This document shows, in pieces, positions 1 to 9,843 of a DNA stretch of 64,000 nucleotides. The stretch is from IMG/VR virus record IMGVR_UViG_3300042691_038938; one strand, written 5' to 3'. Under the pieces are notes generated by a model that had not been told where the DNA came from, made no database searches, and saw only the letters and a list, made by a program, of their open reading frames with translations. Source of the DNA: a virus. Taxonomy: Duplodnaviria; Caudoviricetes. Every line of letters starts with the position of its first letter. Position 1 is the first letter of the stretch. Position numbers and translations under genes: made by a program.

Positions 1-36
1 TATATTTTGCCATTTCAAAATATTTTTTATTATTTA

Positions 37-642
37 TTAAGAAGAGACAGAGTTATTTATTAGACCATTCAACCTTGCGTTAAATTCAGCAACGCTGTCC
101 TCATTGAAATGATTTACCATTTTGTCAAACTCATTGTTCTTTGAAGAATCAGTAATCTGTGGTTTGAATTCTGAAAATATCCTTTCAAAGAGTTCCTTTT
201 CGCTCTCTGCATTCTCAAAGTTTCCAAAGTAGTCTTTCTCTCTTCTAGTGATCTCAATCTCTTCAGCTCTCTCAACATATAGGACTTTGCTGTTCTGATA
301 AAGGTCACTCATTAGGATCTTCTTAAACTCTTCCAATAACCGAATCGCGCCCATTCTCTCTCGATAGATCGACCACACATAGGCTGAGAAGATGCAACGA
401 TCAAAGACTAGGATGTGATCCTTTAAGAGAGTCTGATTGAGCTCAAGTATCGTAAGCACGTTCGCAATGCTAAAGTAATGAACTCCTGGCCCAGTCTCCT
501 GATCCTTCATCTTCAAGGCTTCAATATATTTTGCGAATTGAAACTTGTAGTAATGAACCCTAGGATCAGTGTTCTGTTCAAGAAACTTTTCGATTAGAAA
601 AGTCTTTCCGCTATGTCTATGGCCTTCTATTATTAGTATCAT
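37..642 (-). CDS. Thymidylate/dNMP kinase-like P-loop protein
   Basis: IIEGHRHSGKT Walker A at N-terminus; FDRCIFSAY matches the dTMP-kinase DR motif. Confidence 0.6.
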   Translation of the reverse strand: MILIIEGHRHSGKTFLIEKFLEQNTDPRVHYYKFQFAKYIEALKMKDQETGPGVHYFSIANVLTILELNQTLLKDHILVFDRCIFSAYVWSIYRERMGAIRLLEEFKKILMSDLYQNSKVLYVERAEEIEITRREKDYFGNFENAESEKELFERIFSEFKPQITDSSKNNEFDKMVNHFNEDSVAEFNARLNGLINNSVSS

Positions 643-1232
643 CTCTTTAATTCTATTCTTCTTGATTCTCCTGCAGTAAAACTGTGGAGCGATATCACCT
701 TTGATTTATCCACTAGCTGCATGTTTAAAGTCATTAAACTACTCAATGAGGTTGCGGATCTTTGGATAGTCAAAACGTATTCATGGAAAAATTGCTGGTA
801 TTTCTTTAGCTGTTCTAATGAATCCTCATATACTCTTATCTCTTTGATGGTTGGAGTTTTTTCTAACTCAGACTTAAGAATAAGGATCTTCTCGGTCTTT
901 CTGCCCAAGAAGTAGCAGCGATCGAAGGAGATACCGTATTTTTCTAATAGGTGATCGACACAATGCTTAAGCTCCTCTATCCTATGTGTGATTAGTATAG
1001 TTATTGCGGTCGGGTCCTTTGAAGCTCTTAGCCAATCATCGTATACTGGTTCAATTAACTGAATGTTATGGATTTCAGGATCCATTGAGCTAGGGTGATC
1101 GTAAAACGAATAAGGATCGGGAAAATCAAGTTCCGGATTGAGCCTTTCTACTGAGAATCGATCAGTGTAGCCTGGCATTCTAAACAGTGTTTCATCAAAA
1201 TCAAACACAAAAATCTTAGTAATATCTTTCAT
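639..1232 (-). CDS. HAD-superfamily phosphatase (Swiss-Army-Knife RNA-repair-like HAD)
   Basis: FVFDFDETLFRMP motif I, ITHR motif II, YEDS motif IV; start moved to MKDITK. Confidence 0.65.
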   Translation of the reverse strand: MKDITKIFVFDFDETLFRMPGYTDRFSVERLNPELDFPDPYSFYDHPSSMDPEIHNIQLIEPVYDDWLRASKDPTAITILITHRIEELKHCVDHLLEKYGISFDRCYFLGRKTEKILILKSELEKTPTIKEIRVYEDSLEQLKKYQQFFHEYVLTIQRSATSLSSLMTLNMQLVDKSKVISLHSFTAGESRRIELKR

Positions 1233-1245
1233 GATATATTTTATT

Positions 1246-1253
1246 GATAAATA
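1246..1253 (+). promoter_or_regulatory. Late-type promoter box GATAAATA
   Basis: 22 nt before ATG 1276; variant of the T4 late box TATAAATA. Confidence 0.6.
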
Positions 1254-1275
1254 ATAAAAAGTTTTGATCTCTAAG

Positions 1276-1767
1276 ATGGGAAAATACATCAAGCTATTTG
1301 AGGACTATGAAAACGAACTAAAGAATTCGGACGAAGAGACCTCTCACAACTGGACCGACATTCGTGATGCCGTCCAGATGAGACTGCCCTTCGTGATAAT
1401 AGTCTTCAAGAACTCTGATTCATACCTATCTGCGTTGGACTCTGAACTGATCGGTGGAGACTACATCAAGCAAAAAGCCCTAATGAGTAAGGACGGAACG
1501 CTTGTTAAGTACCCTTCGATCTTCATGGTTGTCCAGGACGACGAGACCTTTAAGAATAAGATACCAAAGATATTCGATGCATTTAAGACTAAGGTGATCT
1601 TTTTGGGTAAAAAGGGAGACGACCAGATTGACTGTTATTACTCAGATGGATCTAACGTACAAGCAGGTAATGAGATAGTGTCCTCCTTAGGAAAGGATGA
1701 GATGGACAACAACGACCACTTTGAGATAGGATCAACTAATTACATGTTTGTTGACTTCGTCGGATAA
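1276..1767 (+). CDS. Hypothetical protein with CTS-like N-terminus
   Basis: MGKYIKLFEDYENE. Confidence 0.75.
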   Translation: MGKYIKLFEDYENELKNSDEETSHNWTDIRDAVQMRLPFVIIVFKNSDSYLSALDSELIGGDYIKQKALMSKDGTLVKYPSIFMVVQDDETFKNKIPKIFDAFKTKVIFLGKKGDDQIDCYYSDGSNVQAGNEIVSSLGKDEMDNNDHFEIGSTNYMFVDFVG

Positions 1768-1813
1768 ACCTAGCTCTCATTTTGAGTATAACATAAGATA
1801 AAGTCAAGACTCG

Positions 1814-2248
1814 ATGAACGAAGAAACCAAGCAAAAGATCTCCGCTAAATTTCAGGAACGACGTGCTGATATCTCAAAAGAGATCTATGCTAACATAGAA
1901 AAGCTCTCCAACCTAAAGACTCTAAAGGAGGCTCAGGTCAACATGCTCTCCCTACGTCAGCGACTGCTTGAGGACAATCACACTTTGCTGGAACACATCA
2001 CGATATTGCGTAAGAAATATCGAGAAGAACGAGCGGTCGAGCTTGAGAACGTTTCTAGAAACCTGCAGCTCAGGTATCAGGCAAACGAGAAGACTGTCGT
2101 GATTGACGGTCGTACTTCTGCGACTAAAGAATCTCTTGAAATGTTTGAGACCCAAGTCTCCTTCTTCAATGAGTCGATCAAGACCATCGATAACATCATC
2201 TTCGGGATCAAGACGAGACTTGATATAGAAAAGACCTTAGGTCTATAA
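1814..2248 (+). CDS. uvsY: Recombination mediator UvsY-like
   Basis: Helical 144 aa directly before UvsW; C-terminus FFNESIKTIDNIIFGIK resembles the UvsY C-terminal signature. Confidence 0.6.
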   Translation: MNEETKQKISAKFQERRADISKEIYANIEKLSNLKTLKEAQVNMLSLRQRLLEDNHTLLEHITILRKKYREERAVELENVSRNLQLRYQANEKTVVIDGRTSATKESLEMFETQVSFFNESIKTIDNIIFGIKTRLDIEKTLGL

Positions 2249-2258
2249 AATCTTCATT

Positions 2259-3833
2259 GTGTTAAAGTTTAAGCTCACACCCGACCGTAAATTCATTAAG
2301 CTTGTAGATTTTAATCTCAATATGGAAAGGACTGCGCTCTTTAATTTCTTTAAGAAGAAATCGAAGAAGGCTGCATTCAATGTGCTTGTTGATCGTGGCA
2401 TCTGGGACGGAATGGATCCATTCATCACTAAGAACGGAGAGATCGCAGTTGGTTTATGGAAGGAAATCTATAATTTTTCTGAAAGGAGCGGTTTTGAGTG
2501 TGAGATCGAGGGAGCAGAAGGTTTTGTGAATAAGAACCTAGATAGGGACAAGTATTTAGGATATGTCAAGAACTTATTAGACGGAATAGTCGACGAACGC
2601 GGCAACCCAATCATTCCTCGAGACTATCAGGTAGAAGGAGCATTTAGAGCAATAAAGTATAAGTTCTGTACTCAAGAGTTGGCGACTTCTGCTGGAAAGA
2701 CTCTGATCTTCTATATCTATAACTCATTCCTAAGAGACGGCGGCAAGATCAGTAAGGAGAAAAAGTCACTCATTATTGTGCCGAACATCTCACTAGTCGG
2801 TCAGACTGCCGAAAAGTTCATCATGTACGCCAAGCCTGGAAAGGAGTGGAATGTCTGTTCGATTGGAGGTAAGGATAAGTTCACTCAGGAAAGATTCGAT
2901 CAAGCAGAGATAGTGATATCCACATATCAGAGCTTAGTGAACCTGGATCCTAACCTGTTCAAATCATTCTCAGTCGTGCAAGTGGATGAAGTTCACAAGT
3001 CAAAGGGTAATTCCATTCGGGACATACTGCTCTCTTGTACTAATTGGGAATATCGGTTGGGTCTTTCAGGAACGGTGAAATTAGACGAGCAATTCTCAGA
3101 CTTTTTCAGAGTTCAAGAGAACGTTGGACCACTAGTGATGGTGCTCTCAGCAAAACATCTCATCGATAATGGTTATTCACCTAACATCAAGATCAAGATG
3201 GTGGAGGTGATGTATGATACGACAGACCCTCAGATCCAGAAATACTGGCACCTAAAGTCTACCGGCAAGGACATGTACAAGAATCCCAAGGATTTCGGTA
3301 GGGACATGTTGGCAATCGAAAAGGGAATCATCTTTGAGAGCAAGGAAAGATTAGATTTCATTAGCGATCTAGTAAGAAAGTTTGAAAAGAACTCTCTCAT
3401 ACTCTTTTCAGACGTAAAGAACGGCTATGGCAAACTGATCCAGTCAAAGTTACTTGAGTGGAATCCGGATACTTTTTACATCGACGGTGAGGTAGACTCA
3501 CTTGATCGAGACAAGTTTAAGGATATATTGGAATCTAAGGACGGAGTGGTGATAGTAGCGTCGTATGGAACCTTTGCTACTGGAATCGATTCCAAGAACC
3601 TGCACCACATCATACTCGCAGAGTCAACTAAGGCCGAGGTTACTCTTCGACAAGCGATAGGCCGAGGTATGCGAAAGCTCGCGGAAAAGACTAATGTGAT
3701 GGTTTGGGATCTAGTCGATCAGCTAGATGGATATTCAGTAAAGCATTCAAAGGTAAGAAAGGAGATCTATCAAGAACAGAAGTTTGAGATATCTAAGAGT
3801 CAAGTAGACTTAACAAAAAAGCGATCTGAGTAG
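2259..3833 (+). CDS. uvsW: SF2 helicase UvsW
   Basis: PRDYQ, LATSAGKT (I), VDEVH (II), GLSGT (III), SYGTFATGID (V), QAIGRGMR (VI). Confidence 0.9.
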   Translation: MLKFKLTPDRKFIKLVDFNLNMERTALFNFFKKKSKKAAFNVLVDRGIWDGMDPFITKNGEIAVGLWKEIYNFSERSGFECEIEGAEGFVNKNLDRDKYLGYVKNLLDGIVDERGNPIIPRDYQVEGAFRAIKYKFCTQELATSAGKTLIFYIYNSFLRDGGKISKEKKSLIIVPNISLVGQTAEKFIMYAKPGKEWNVCSIGGKDKFTQERFDQAEIVISTYQSLVNLDPNLFKSFSVVQVDEVHKSKGNSIRDILLSCTNWEYRLGLSGTVKLDEQFSDFFRVQENVGPLVMVLSAKHLIDNGYSPNIKIKMVEVMYDTTDPQIQKYWHLKSTGKDMYKNPKDFGRDMLAIEKGIIFESKERLDFISDLVRKFEKNSLILFSDVKNGYGKLIQSKLLEWNPDTFYIDGEVDSLDRDKFKDILESKDGVVIVASYGTFATGIDSKNLHHIILAESTKAEVTLRQAIGRGMRKLAEKTNVMVWDLVDQLDGYSVKHSKVRKEIYQEQKFEISKSQVDLTKKRSE

Positions 3834-3863
3834 ATCGCTTTTCACATCTATTGAAAACTAAGA

Positions 3864-4205
3864 TCAGTAGTTACTCATGTCCCAATTAGGTTCATCTTCG
3901 CCAGTCTCAGGATTTCTTAAAAGGTCTAGCGCGTGTTCTAAACCTGCCTTTATATCCTCAATTGAATTATAAGAAGACATTCCACTAACAAACATTTTAG
4001 CTAGCTTACGATCTCCGCTTAATTCTGTAAACAACATCTCTAATTGAGTTTGCTCTTCTGGAGTAAGCTCATCATATTGAGCCTTTTGTCCCCTTCCTCC
4101 AACTAGTTCAGATCTAAGTCGAGTTGATTTACTCTCTGGCTCTGAGCCATAATAGTATCCTTCATTTATGAATCGACCGAAAGGTTTTACATGATTTCTT
4201 TTCAT
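3864..4205 (-). CDS. Hypothetical protein with CTS-like N-terminus
   Basis: MKRNHVKPFGRFINE. Confidence 0.75.
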   Translation of the reverse strand: MKRNHVKPFGRFINEGYYYGSEPESKSTRLRSELVGGRGQKAQYDELTPEEQTQLEMLFTELSGDRKLAKMFVSGMSSYNSIEDIKAGLEHALDLLRNPETGEDEPNWDMSNY

Positions 4206-4222
4206 GAGTATTATTATTTTTT

Positions 4223-4987
4223 TTATTTATTTAGCTTCTCAGCATTTTCAATCTTTTCAAAAACTTTTTCTATCTTCTTGATTATAGGGTGCCGAACGAT
4301 ATCATCAGTCGATAGCCGAGCCATACCAATCTCCTCAATCTCCACGAAATATTCCATCAAGATCTCAAGCGCGCTCTTTTGATTCTTATTAACTGACTTT
4401 TGCTTGATGTCTCCTAAGAAGACCATCTTTGAATTCATTCCGATCCTGGTGATTAGAGTATGCAGGTGATCCTTTGCGATCTGCTGAGCCTCATCTATCA
4501 AGATGATTGAATCGTCTAACGTGACTCCTAGAGCAAACTTTATCGGCAGGATCTCGATCTTTCCGGCCGCCTTAAGAAACTCGGTCGCAGGCTTGCCAAT
4601 CACTTTATGAAAGTTAGAGATGAATGGATACATGTACATCTCCATCTTCTCCTCAAGAGTTCCCTTTAAGTAACCTATCTCCTCGTCCTTAGGAACGTTG
4701 ACTGACTTTATTAGGATGATCTTTTTATAGGTTCCTGGATCGTCCTTTAAGTACTTGAGAGCTCTAGCGCAAGAGAGGTATGTCTTACCCGTCCCTGGAG
4801 GACCTGTCACTATCGATATATCGTGATTCTCAATGGCGTTTATTGCATCCTTTTGTGCCTTTGATCTACATTTTATGTCTATCCTTTCGTTAAAATTCTT
4901 TGAAGTCTCAATCGCTTCTCTCTCCTTGGACCACAGGTCAAAGTCTTCTTGTTCTTCCTTGTTTAGTTGATTCTTTTTTCTTGCCAT
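4223..4987 (-). CDS. phoH: PhoH-family ATPase
   Basis: GPPGTGKTYL, IGYLKGTLEEKM, IDEAQ, FLGDIKQ, DIVRHP. Confidence 0.9.
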   Translation of the reverse strand: MARKKNQLNKEEQEDFDLWSKEREAIETSKNFNERIDIKCRSKAQKDAINAIENHDISIVTGPPGTGKTYLSCARALKYLKDDPGTYKKIILIKSVNVPKDEEIGYLKGTLEEKMEMYMYPFISNFHKVIGKPATEFLKAAGKIEILPIKFALGVTLDDSIILIDEAQQIAKDHLHTLITRIGMNSKMVFLGDIKQKSVNKNQKSALEILMEYFVEIEEIGMARLSTDDIVRHPIIKKIEKVFEKIENAEKLNK

Positions 4988-4990
4988 GCA

Positions 4991-5617
4991 TCAGTATATT
5001 TTAGCAGCGATCACGACACCAAGTATTATCCTAGAGTAGTGTAACTGAAAGTTAAGAAAGCCAGTAACGGCTTTGAATTGTCTTTCTGAGTATTCAGTAG
5101 ACTTTATTGAGGCCTCACTCAGTTTCTGTAAGCCTAATTTTATTTTGGATGTTAAGACAGTATCGTATATTCCCAAGAACTCGTTAAGTATCTCGCCGAA
5201 GTCTAGGCTCAACATGTGGTCGCAACCAAGTTCCTTAGTGAATTTTTTACCTAGTTTTATTGCTTTGCTCTTTTGGATCAGGTCATCTTCTTCTAGCGCC
5301 TTGTCGATGGTAAGTCGAATCGCATCCATCTTCTTGATCCTTTCAGACTCTTCCGCTATCCAATCAAGGTCATCCCTTGAGACAGATATCGCAACCTTTG
5401 AGTCATTATCATAATAATAAAAGCTTACGGTTTCAGTCATTCCGCTCTCTCCTATCATGTCAATTAGAAGCGGAGATATTCCCAACTGTAAGTAATCTTT
5501 CCCTTTCTCCTCTAACTTAATGTCGTATTCTTCGAACGGAAATACCGACATAAAGGGAAGGGCTGAGAACAGGTCTTTCGTCTTGTCTAGACTGCTTTCG
5601 TTTTCGAGCTCTTCCAT
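4991..5617 (-). CDS. Hypothetical protein
   Basis: 208-aa ORF abutting phoH, GATAAATA upstream. Confidence 0.75.
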   Translation of the reverse strand: MEELENESSLDKTKDLFSALPFMSVFPFEEYDIKLEEKGKDYLQLGISPLLIDMIGESGMTETVSFYYYDNDSKVAISVSRDDLDWIAEESERIKKMDAIRLTIDKALEEDDLIQKSKAIKLGKKFTKELGCDHMLSLDFGEILNEFLGIYDTVLTSKIKLGLQKLSEASIKSTEYSERQFKAVTGFLNFQLHYSRIILGVVIAAKIY

Positions 5618-5633
5618 AACTGAGTCTTTTTAT

Positions 5634-5641
5634 TATTTATC
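5634..5641 (-). promoter_or_regulatory. Late-type promoter box GATAAATA
   Basis: 16 nt upstream of ATG 5617. Confidence 0.55.
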
Positions 5642-5734
5642 TGACTTTTACAGGTCTTAAGTTTAAGGTCCCTCGAAGATTTAGTATTTTATTTAAGATC
5701 AAAACTTAAGCGTCTAAAAAAGTATAACTTTTAT

Positions 5735-7168
5735 ATGGAGGACAAATCAAAGAAAATAAAAAAGCTGGATCTAAAGCAGAATGCGATCAAGATCCTAATT
5801 AACTCGATATACGGAGCATTCGGTAACAAGTGGTTCTATTTTTACAATCCGGATATCGCTCAATCGATCACCCTTCAGGGTCAAGACCTAATAAAGTTCT
5901 CCATCAAGGCTGTGAATCACTATTTTCAAGAGAGATGGCACCTCGATAAGGAGCTGCACAGTCTACTTGGACTTGATGGATATACTATAAACAAGATAGA
6001 TGATGTCGCAGCGATCTATACTGACACTGACTCGATCTATGTACAGTTTGACTCTGCGATAGATTCGATAATCGGTGCAAACTTCACAAAGGAAGAGATC
6101 CTTAACATCTGTATCAATATCGACAAACATCGACTCTCTAGTTATTTCGACCAGTGTTTCGAAAGATACGGAAAGATATTCAATACGAAGAACCGACTTA
6201 AATTCAAATTGGAAAACCTTTCTGAACACGGAATCTGGTTAAAGAAGAAGAACTATGCTATTCGAGTGGCATATGAACCCAATCCTAGCTATGAGACTAT
6301 TCCTCAAGAGAAGAGATACCTTGTGATCAAGGGTCTCGAATCCATCAAGGGATCGTATCCAATCTGGGCCAGAAAAAAGCTTGAATCGCTTTACTCATTT
6401 ATTCTAAATCGAGGTAAACGTCTCGACATTGAGAAGGACATCATTCCGACTCTTCTTGAGATCAAGAAAGAGTTCATGAGCCTGCATCCAGACGAGCTTG
6501 CATTCAACTATAAGATTAGGGTCTATAATAAATACGTAGCGAGTGAGGCTAAGCTCGACTTAAAGAAGGGCATATCAATATTCCCAAGAGCAGCTGCCAT
6601 CTACAATCACACTCTAATCAAGACCAGTCTGACTGATCGCTATCCAAAGTTGAGAGAAGGTGACAAGATCAAGTTTTATTACTGTAATCCTGAAGAGAAT
6701 GACGGTGGATTTGACGTGTTCGCCTATTCTCCAGGTTCTTATCCTGATGAAATCGTTCCCAAGATGGACATGAATCTGCAGTTCTTCTCACTAATCGTCG
6801 AACCCATCAATAGGTTTCTTTTTGCGATGAACCTAGGTCAACTCGATCAAAACTTAAAAAGAGCAATTGAAGTGGTCACGATCAAGAGCAAGAAAGTTCT
6901 ATCTCAAAACCTAACTCATCCTCTCTTTGTAGTAGATCAAGCTAGTCTACAATACGAGCCTGTGCCCGAGAAGTTTTGGACAACTATTGGTAATCCAGAG
7001 AAGGAGGTCGAGACGCAAGACTTTCAAGAATATCTTAGCGTCATTACTCGATATGGTCTAAACTCAGTAATAGTCCCAGAGCCAGAGCTTGAAAAGTACA
7101 TCAAGCGTCTCTCTAAAAAGAAGGAAAAGGTAGAGTCTGAACTTGAGGTAGAGGAAGAAAATGTTTGA
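5735..7168 (+). CDS. Family-B DNA polymerase, C-terminal subunit (gp43B-like)
   Basis: Motif B KILINSIYGAFG, motif C YTDTDS, KKKNY, VIKGLE; no exonuclease domain or motif A. Confidence 0.9.
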   Translation: MEDKSKKIKKLDLKQNAIKILINSIYGAFGNKWFYFYNPDIAQSITLQGQDLIKFSIKAVNHYFQERWHLDKELHSLLGLDGYTINKIDDVAAIYTDTDSIYVQFDSAIDSIIGANFTKEEILNICINIDKHRLSSYFDQCFERYGKIFNTKNRLKFKLENLSEHGIWLKKKNYAIRVAYEPNPSYETIPQEKRYLVIKGLESIKGSYPIWARKKLESLYSFILNRGKRLDIEKDIIPTLLEIKKEFMSLHPDELAFNYKIRVYNKYVASEAKLDLKKGISIFPRAAAIYNHTLIKTSLTDRYPKLREGDKIKFYYCNPEENDGGFDVFAYSPGSYPDEIVPKMDMNLQFFSLIVEPINRFLFAMNLGQLDQNLKRAIEVVTIKSKKVLSQNLTHPLFVVDQASLQYEPVPEKFWTTIGNPEKEVETQDFQEYLSVITRYGLNSVIVPEPELEKYIKRLSKKKEKVESELEVEEENV

Positions 7169-8294
7169 TATCTTGACCAATTACAGTATACCTGAATTTG
7201 TTAGAGACCTCCTAAAAAAGAGGTTTCCTGGAGACAGGTTAAAACAGACTGTACACGACGCTGGAGATAAGCTTAACTTTGCATGCCCTTACTGTGGGGA
7301 TTCCAAGACTGATTCCAAGAAGAAGAGAGGTAACCTCTATCCTGAGAGAGGATTCTATAAGTGTTACAACGACGGGTGTTCCATCAAGGTGGATACTGCA
7401 AAGTTCGTCTCAAAATACGCTCAGACGTATGGATTAGAGATCCCAAGCGTCAAGGCTGTTGAACCGCAATGGGTACACAACACTTCCAAGAAGAAAAAAG
7501 GCTCCCTTATCGAGCTCCTAATAAATCGAAACATCGGATCATCCCTATTAGAAATAGATTATCTGGTCTCTAGGTTTTCTTTAACTCCCTGCAAAGAGGC
7601 CGACTTTGGATCTAGAATAGGGCAGTTTGTGGAGAGTCGAGGACTTAAAGGAATACCCACATTTGATGACTGTTGCTACTTCGATTCAAGCCAGAACAAG
7701 GTGTATCTCTTTAACGTCGACCTAAAATCAAAGAAGATCTTGGGATTTGCTATTCGTCGATTAGACCAAGTGAGCGGTCCAAAGTACTTGATCAAGAACT
7801 ATGCTGAACTAAAGAAAAACGGGCTAGTTCCTTCGCTAAACGATGAGGTGATAGGGGACATAGATTCTCTGAATAATTACTTTAACGTTTTTAACGTTGA
7901 CTTCACCAAGCCAGTCTTTGTGACTGAGGGTCAGATTGATGCAATGTTTCTTCAAAACGCGATAGCCACGACTGGAGTCTCTAAGAGTAAGCTGCTTCTT
8001 GAGAACCTTCTCTCTAAGAACTCTGCCCTCATCTTCTTCGATAGTGACCTTGCTGGAAAAAAGCAGTCGATTGAGCTCATTAAGAAAGGATATCGAGTCT
8101 TCCTATGGAGCAAGGTGATGAATGACTTAAAAATAAAGTACAAAGCCGATCGATTTGAAGTGTCTCTAATAAAAGACGTTAACGACTTGTTCCAATTCAT
8201 TCATTCAAGAGAAGAAGGGTTCGGGTTTGACGAATTTAACTCATTTGTTCTAGATTACTTTTCAGAATCGCCTCTAGATCTCATCTTGGTGTAG
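7161..8294 (+). CDS. DNA primase (T4 gp61-like)
   Basis: Zn finger CPYCGDS...KCYNDGC; TOPRIM VTEGQIDAMFL and FFDSD. Confidence 0.85.
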   Translation: MFDILTNYSIPEFVRDLLKKRFPGDRLKQTVHDAGDKLNFACPYCGDSKTDSKKKRGNLYPERGFYKCYNDGCSIKVDTAKFVSKYAQTYGLEIPSVKAVEPQWVHNTSKKKKGSLIELLINRNIGSSLLEIDYLVSRFSLTPCKEADFGSRIGQFVESRGLKGIPTFDDCCYFDSSQNKVYLFNVDLKSKKILGFAIRRLDQVSGPKYLIKNYAELKKNGLVPSLNDEVIGDIDSLNNYFNVFNVDFTKPVFVTEGQIDAMFLQNAIATTGVSKSKLLLENLLSKNSALIFFDSDLAGKKQSIELIKKGYRVFLWSKVMNDLKIKYKADRFEVSLIKDVNDLFQFIHSREEGFGFDEFNSFVLDYFSESPLDLILV

Positions 8295-8301
8295 ATAAAT
8301 A
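8294..8301 (+). promoter_or_regulatory. Late-type promoter box GATAAATA
   Basis: Overlaps primase stop; 19 nt before ATG 8321. Confidence 0.6.
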
Positions 8302-8320
8302 ACAAAAAGATCAAAAATTC

Positions 8321-8626
8321 ATGAAAAGAAGAATTTTATCGCTTAGAGACTATCGTCTTTATGAGTCTATCGATGAAAACGTTGACTTAAACATTGATAC
8401 TGCTATCCTAGATGAGCTAGTTGAACTCGTTGGATCAGAAGAGGACGTTGAAGAGGCTGCAAAAGCTGCTTTTGAGGACTTATCGGCTGCCGCTAAATCT
8501 AATCAAGTTGAAATGACGGAAGGCGACGTTCCTGAAAAGCTAGCGATGGCTGCATTACTAGTAAAACTTGTTGAAATGGGAAAACTCGATCCAACTAATG
8601 CTGATAAGCTCATGGAAAAAGTATAA
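8321..8626 (+). CDS. Acidic hypothetical protein with CTS-like N-terminus
   Basis: MKRRILSLRDYRLYE. Confidence 0.75.
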   Translation: MKRRILSLRDYRLYESIDENVDLNIDTAILDELVELVGSEEDVEEAAKAAFEDLSAAAKSNQVEMTEGDVPEKLAMAALLVKLVEMGKLDPTNADKLMEKV

Positions 8627-8657
8627 TCCTTTACTTTTGTCATATAAAGGTTTGTCT

Positions 8658-8692
8658 AACCTCACTCGCTGCCACAAGAGTGAGGTTTTTTT
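8658..8692 (+). terminator. Rho-independent terminator
   Basis: AACCTCACTC-N10-GAGTGAGGTT then T-tract. Confidence 0.75.
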
Positions 8693-8697
8693 ATTTA

Positions 8698-8705
8698 GAT
8701 AAATA
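8698..8705 (+). promoter_or_regulatory. Late-type promoter box GATAAATA
   Basis: 6 nt before ATG of the gp4-like gene. Confidence 0.6.
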
Positions 8706-8711
8706 ATCTAT

Positions 8712-9212
8712 ATGAAAGAGAAGAGAGACATACATGATTTCTTAAAACCACAAAGAGGAAAGGTCAAACAAGGATACTTTACTCCTCACAATCCTGAGAA
8801 ATACAAGGGAGACGTGACCAAGATCATCTATCGATCCAGTTGGGAACTTAAGTTTCTTCAGTATTGTGATAACAACGATCTAGTCGTTGAATATGCGTCT
8901 GAGCCAACTGGAATCGGGTATTGGAATCCTATTCTTAAGAAGGAATCAACATACTGGGTAGACTGTTACATGGCTACTCGTTCACCCGAAGGAGTGATAA
9001 CTAAGTGGATCATAGAGGTCAAACCCAATAAGTATCTCACTCCGCCTGAACCTCCAACTCGGCTTACTGAGAAAGCGACTCTTAATTATGCTCGTCATGC
9101 TAAGGCATACGTCATCAATGACGCTAAGTTCAAAGCAGCTAAAGTATACGCCAAGAAAAATAACATGCGTTTTGGGATCATAACAGAAAACTTTCTGTTC
9201 AACAAGGTGTAA
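8712..9212 (+). CDS. Head completion nuclease (T4 gp4-like, PD-(D/E)xK)
   Basis: QGYFTPHNPEKYKGD, IYRSSWELKF, YWVD, IEVKP. Confidence 0.85.
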   Translation: MKEKRDIHDFLKPQRGKVKQGYFTPHNPEKYKGDVTKIIYRSSWELKFLQYCDNNDLVVEYASEPTGIGYWNPILKKESTYWVDCYMATRSPEGVITKWIIEVKPNKYLTPPEPPTRLTEKATLNYARHAKAYVINDAKFKAAKVYAKKNNMRFGIITENFLFNKV

Positions 9213-9221
9213 AAGATAGTA

Positions 9222-9842
9222 TTGAAAAGATTTAATCAAATAGAGAAGAATGATGGATCTATGACTTATGCAAGAGTCGCAGAAGAAGTGGGTATCTCTC
9301 AAAATCGGTTACGAATAATTCCAGGAAGGTTTTATGCACTAAAGACAATGGTGCCAACTCCGAACATCAATGAAGAATTCGTTAGACTTTGGACCAAGAA
9401 AAACTATTTGGACCTGAATCCAGTCGGACTTTTACTCTTTCATGAGAATTGGAAGGAGACCAACTTGATCTTGAATTTAAAGGTAATTCCGCCAGTTGCT
9501 CTTAACAAGATCCTTGAGACATATTGGGAGTTTTCTTTGGTGAATGGACTGGCTAACTTATTCAAGCCGGACGGATCTTTAATTCCTCTTGAAGAGAGAA
9601 GACTTATCGATCAACGATTCTATTTAATCACTCCGACTACGTTAAGCAATGTATTAGGGATAGATAACTTAAATTACGCAATAAATAAATATGATATGGA
9701 CTATGTCCTTGAGGCAAGGCTGATCGATTGGGATAACTATGGAAAGTTAGTCAATCCTCAGCTTTCACCGGAAGGACTCTATCCAGATCCAATAAATATA
9801 GCAAAAGTCTTTGAAGACTTTTTAGAAAACTCAATAAAGTAA
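9222..9842 (+). CDS. Possible DNA end protector (T4 gp2-like)
   Basis: PGRFY...YLDLNPV...LNLKVIPP resembles gp2 PGxMY...YYDxFPL...GLNLHYLPP; next to gp4; TTG start. Confidence 0.45.
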   Translation: MKRFNQIEKNDGSMTYARVAEEVGISQNRLRIIPGRFYALKTMVPTPNINEEFVRLWTKKNYLDLNPVGLLLFHENWKETNLILNLKVIPPVALNKILETYWEFSLVNGLANLFKPDGSLIPLEERRLIDQRFYLITPTTLSNVLGIDNLNYAINKYDMDYVLEARLIDWDNYGKLVNPQLSPEGLYPDPINIAKVFEDFLENSIK

Positions 9843-9843
9843 G

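Noticed and set aside
5618-5734. Intron or intein joining the polymerase to an upstream half
   Set aside because: The gap is 117 bp of AT-rich divergent promoter DNA, the upstream gene is on the other strand, and no intein motifs are present
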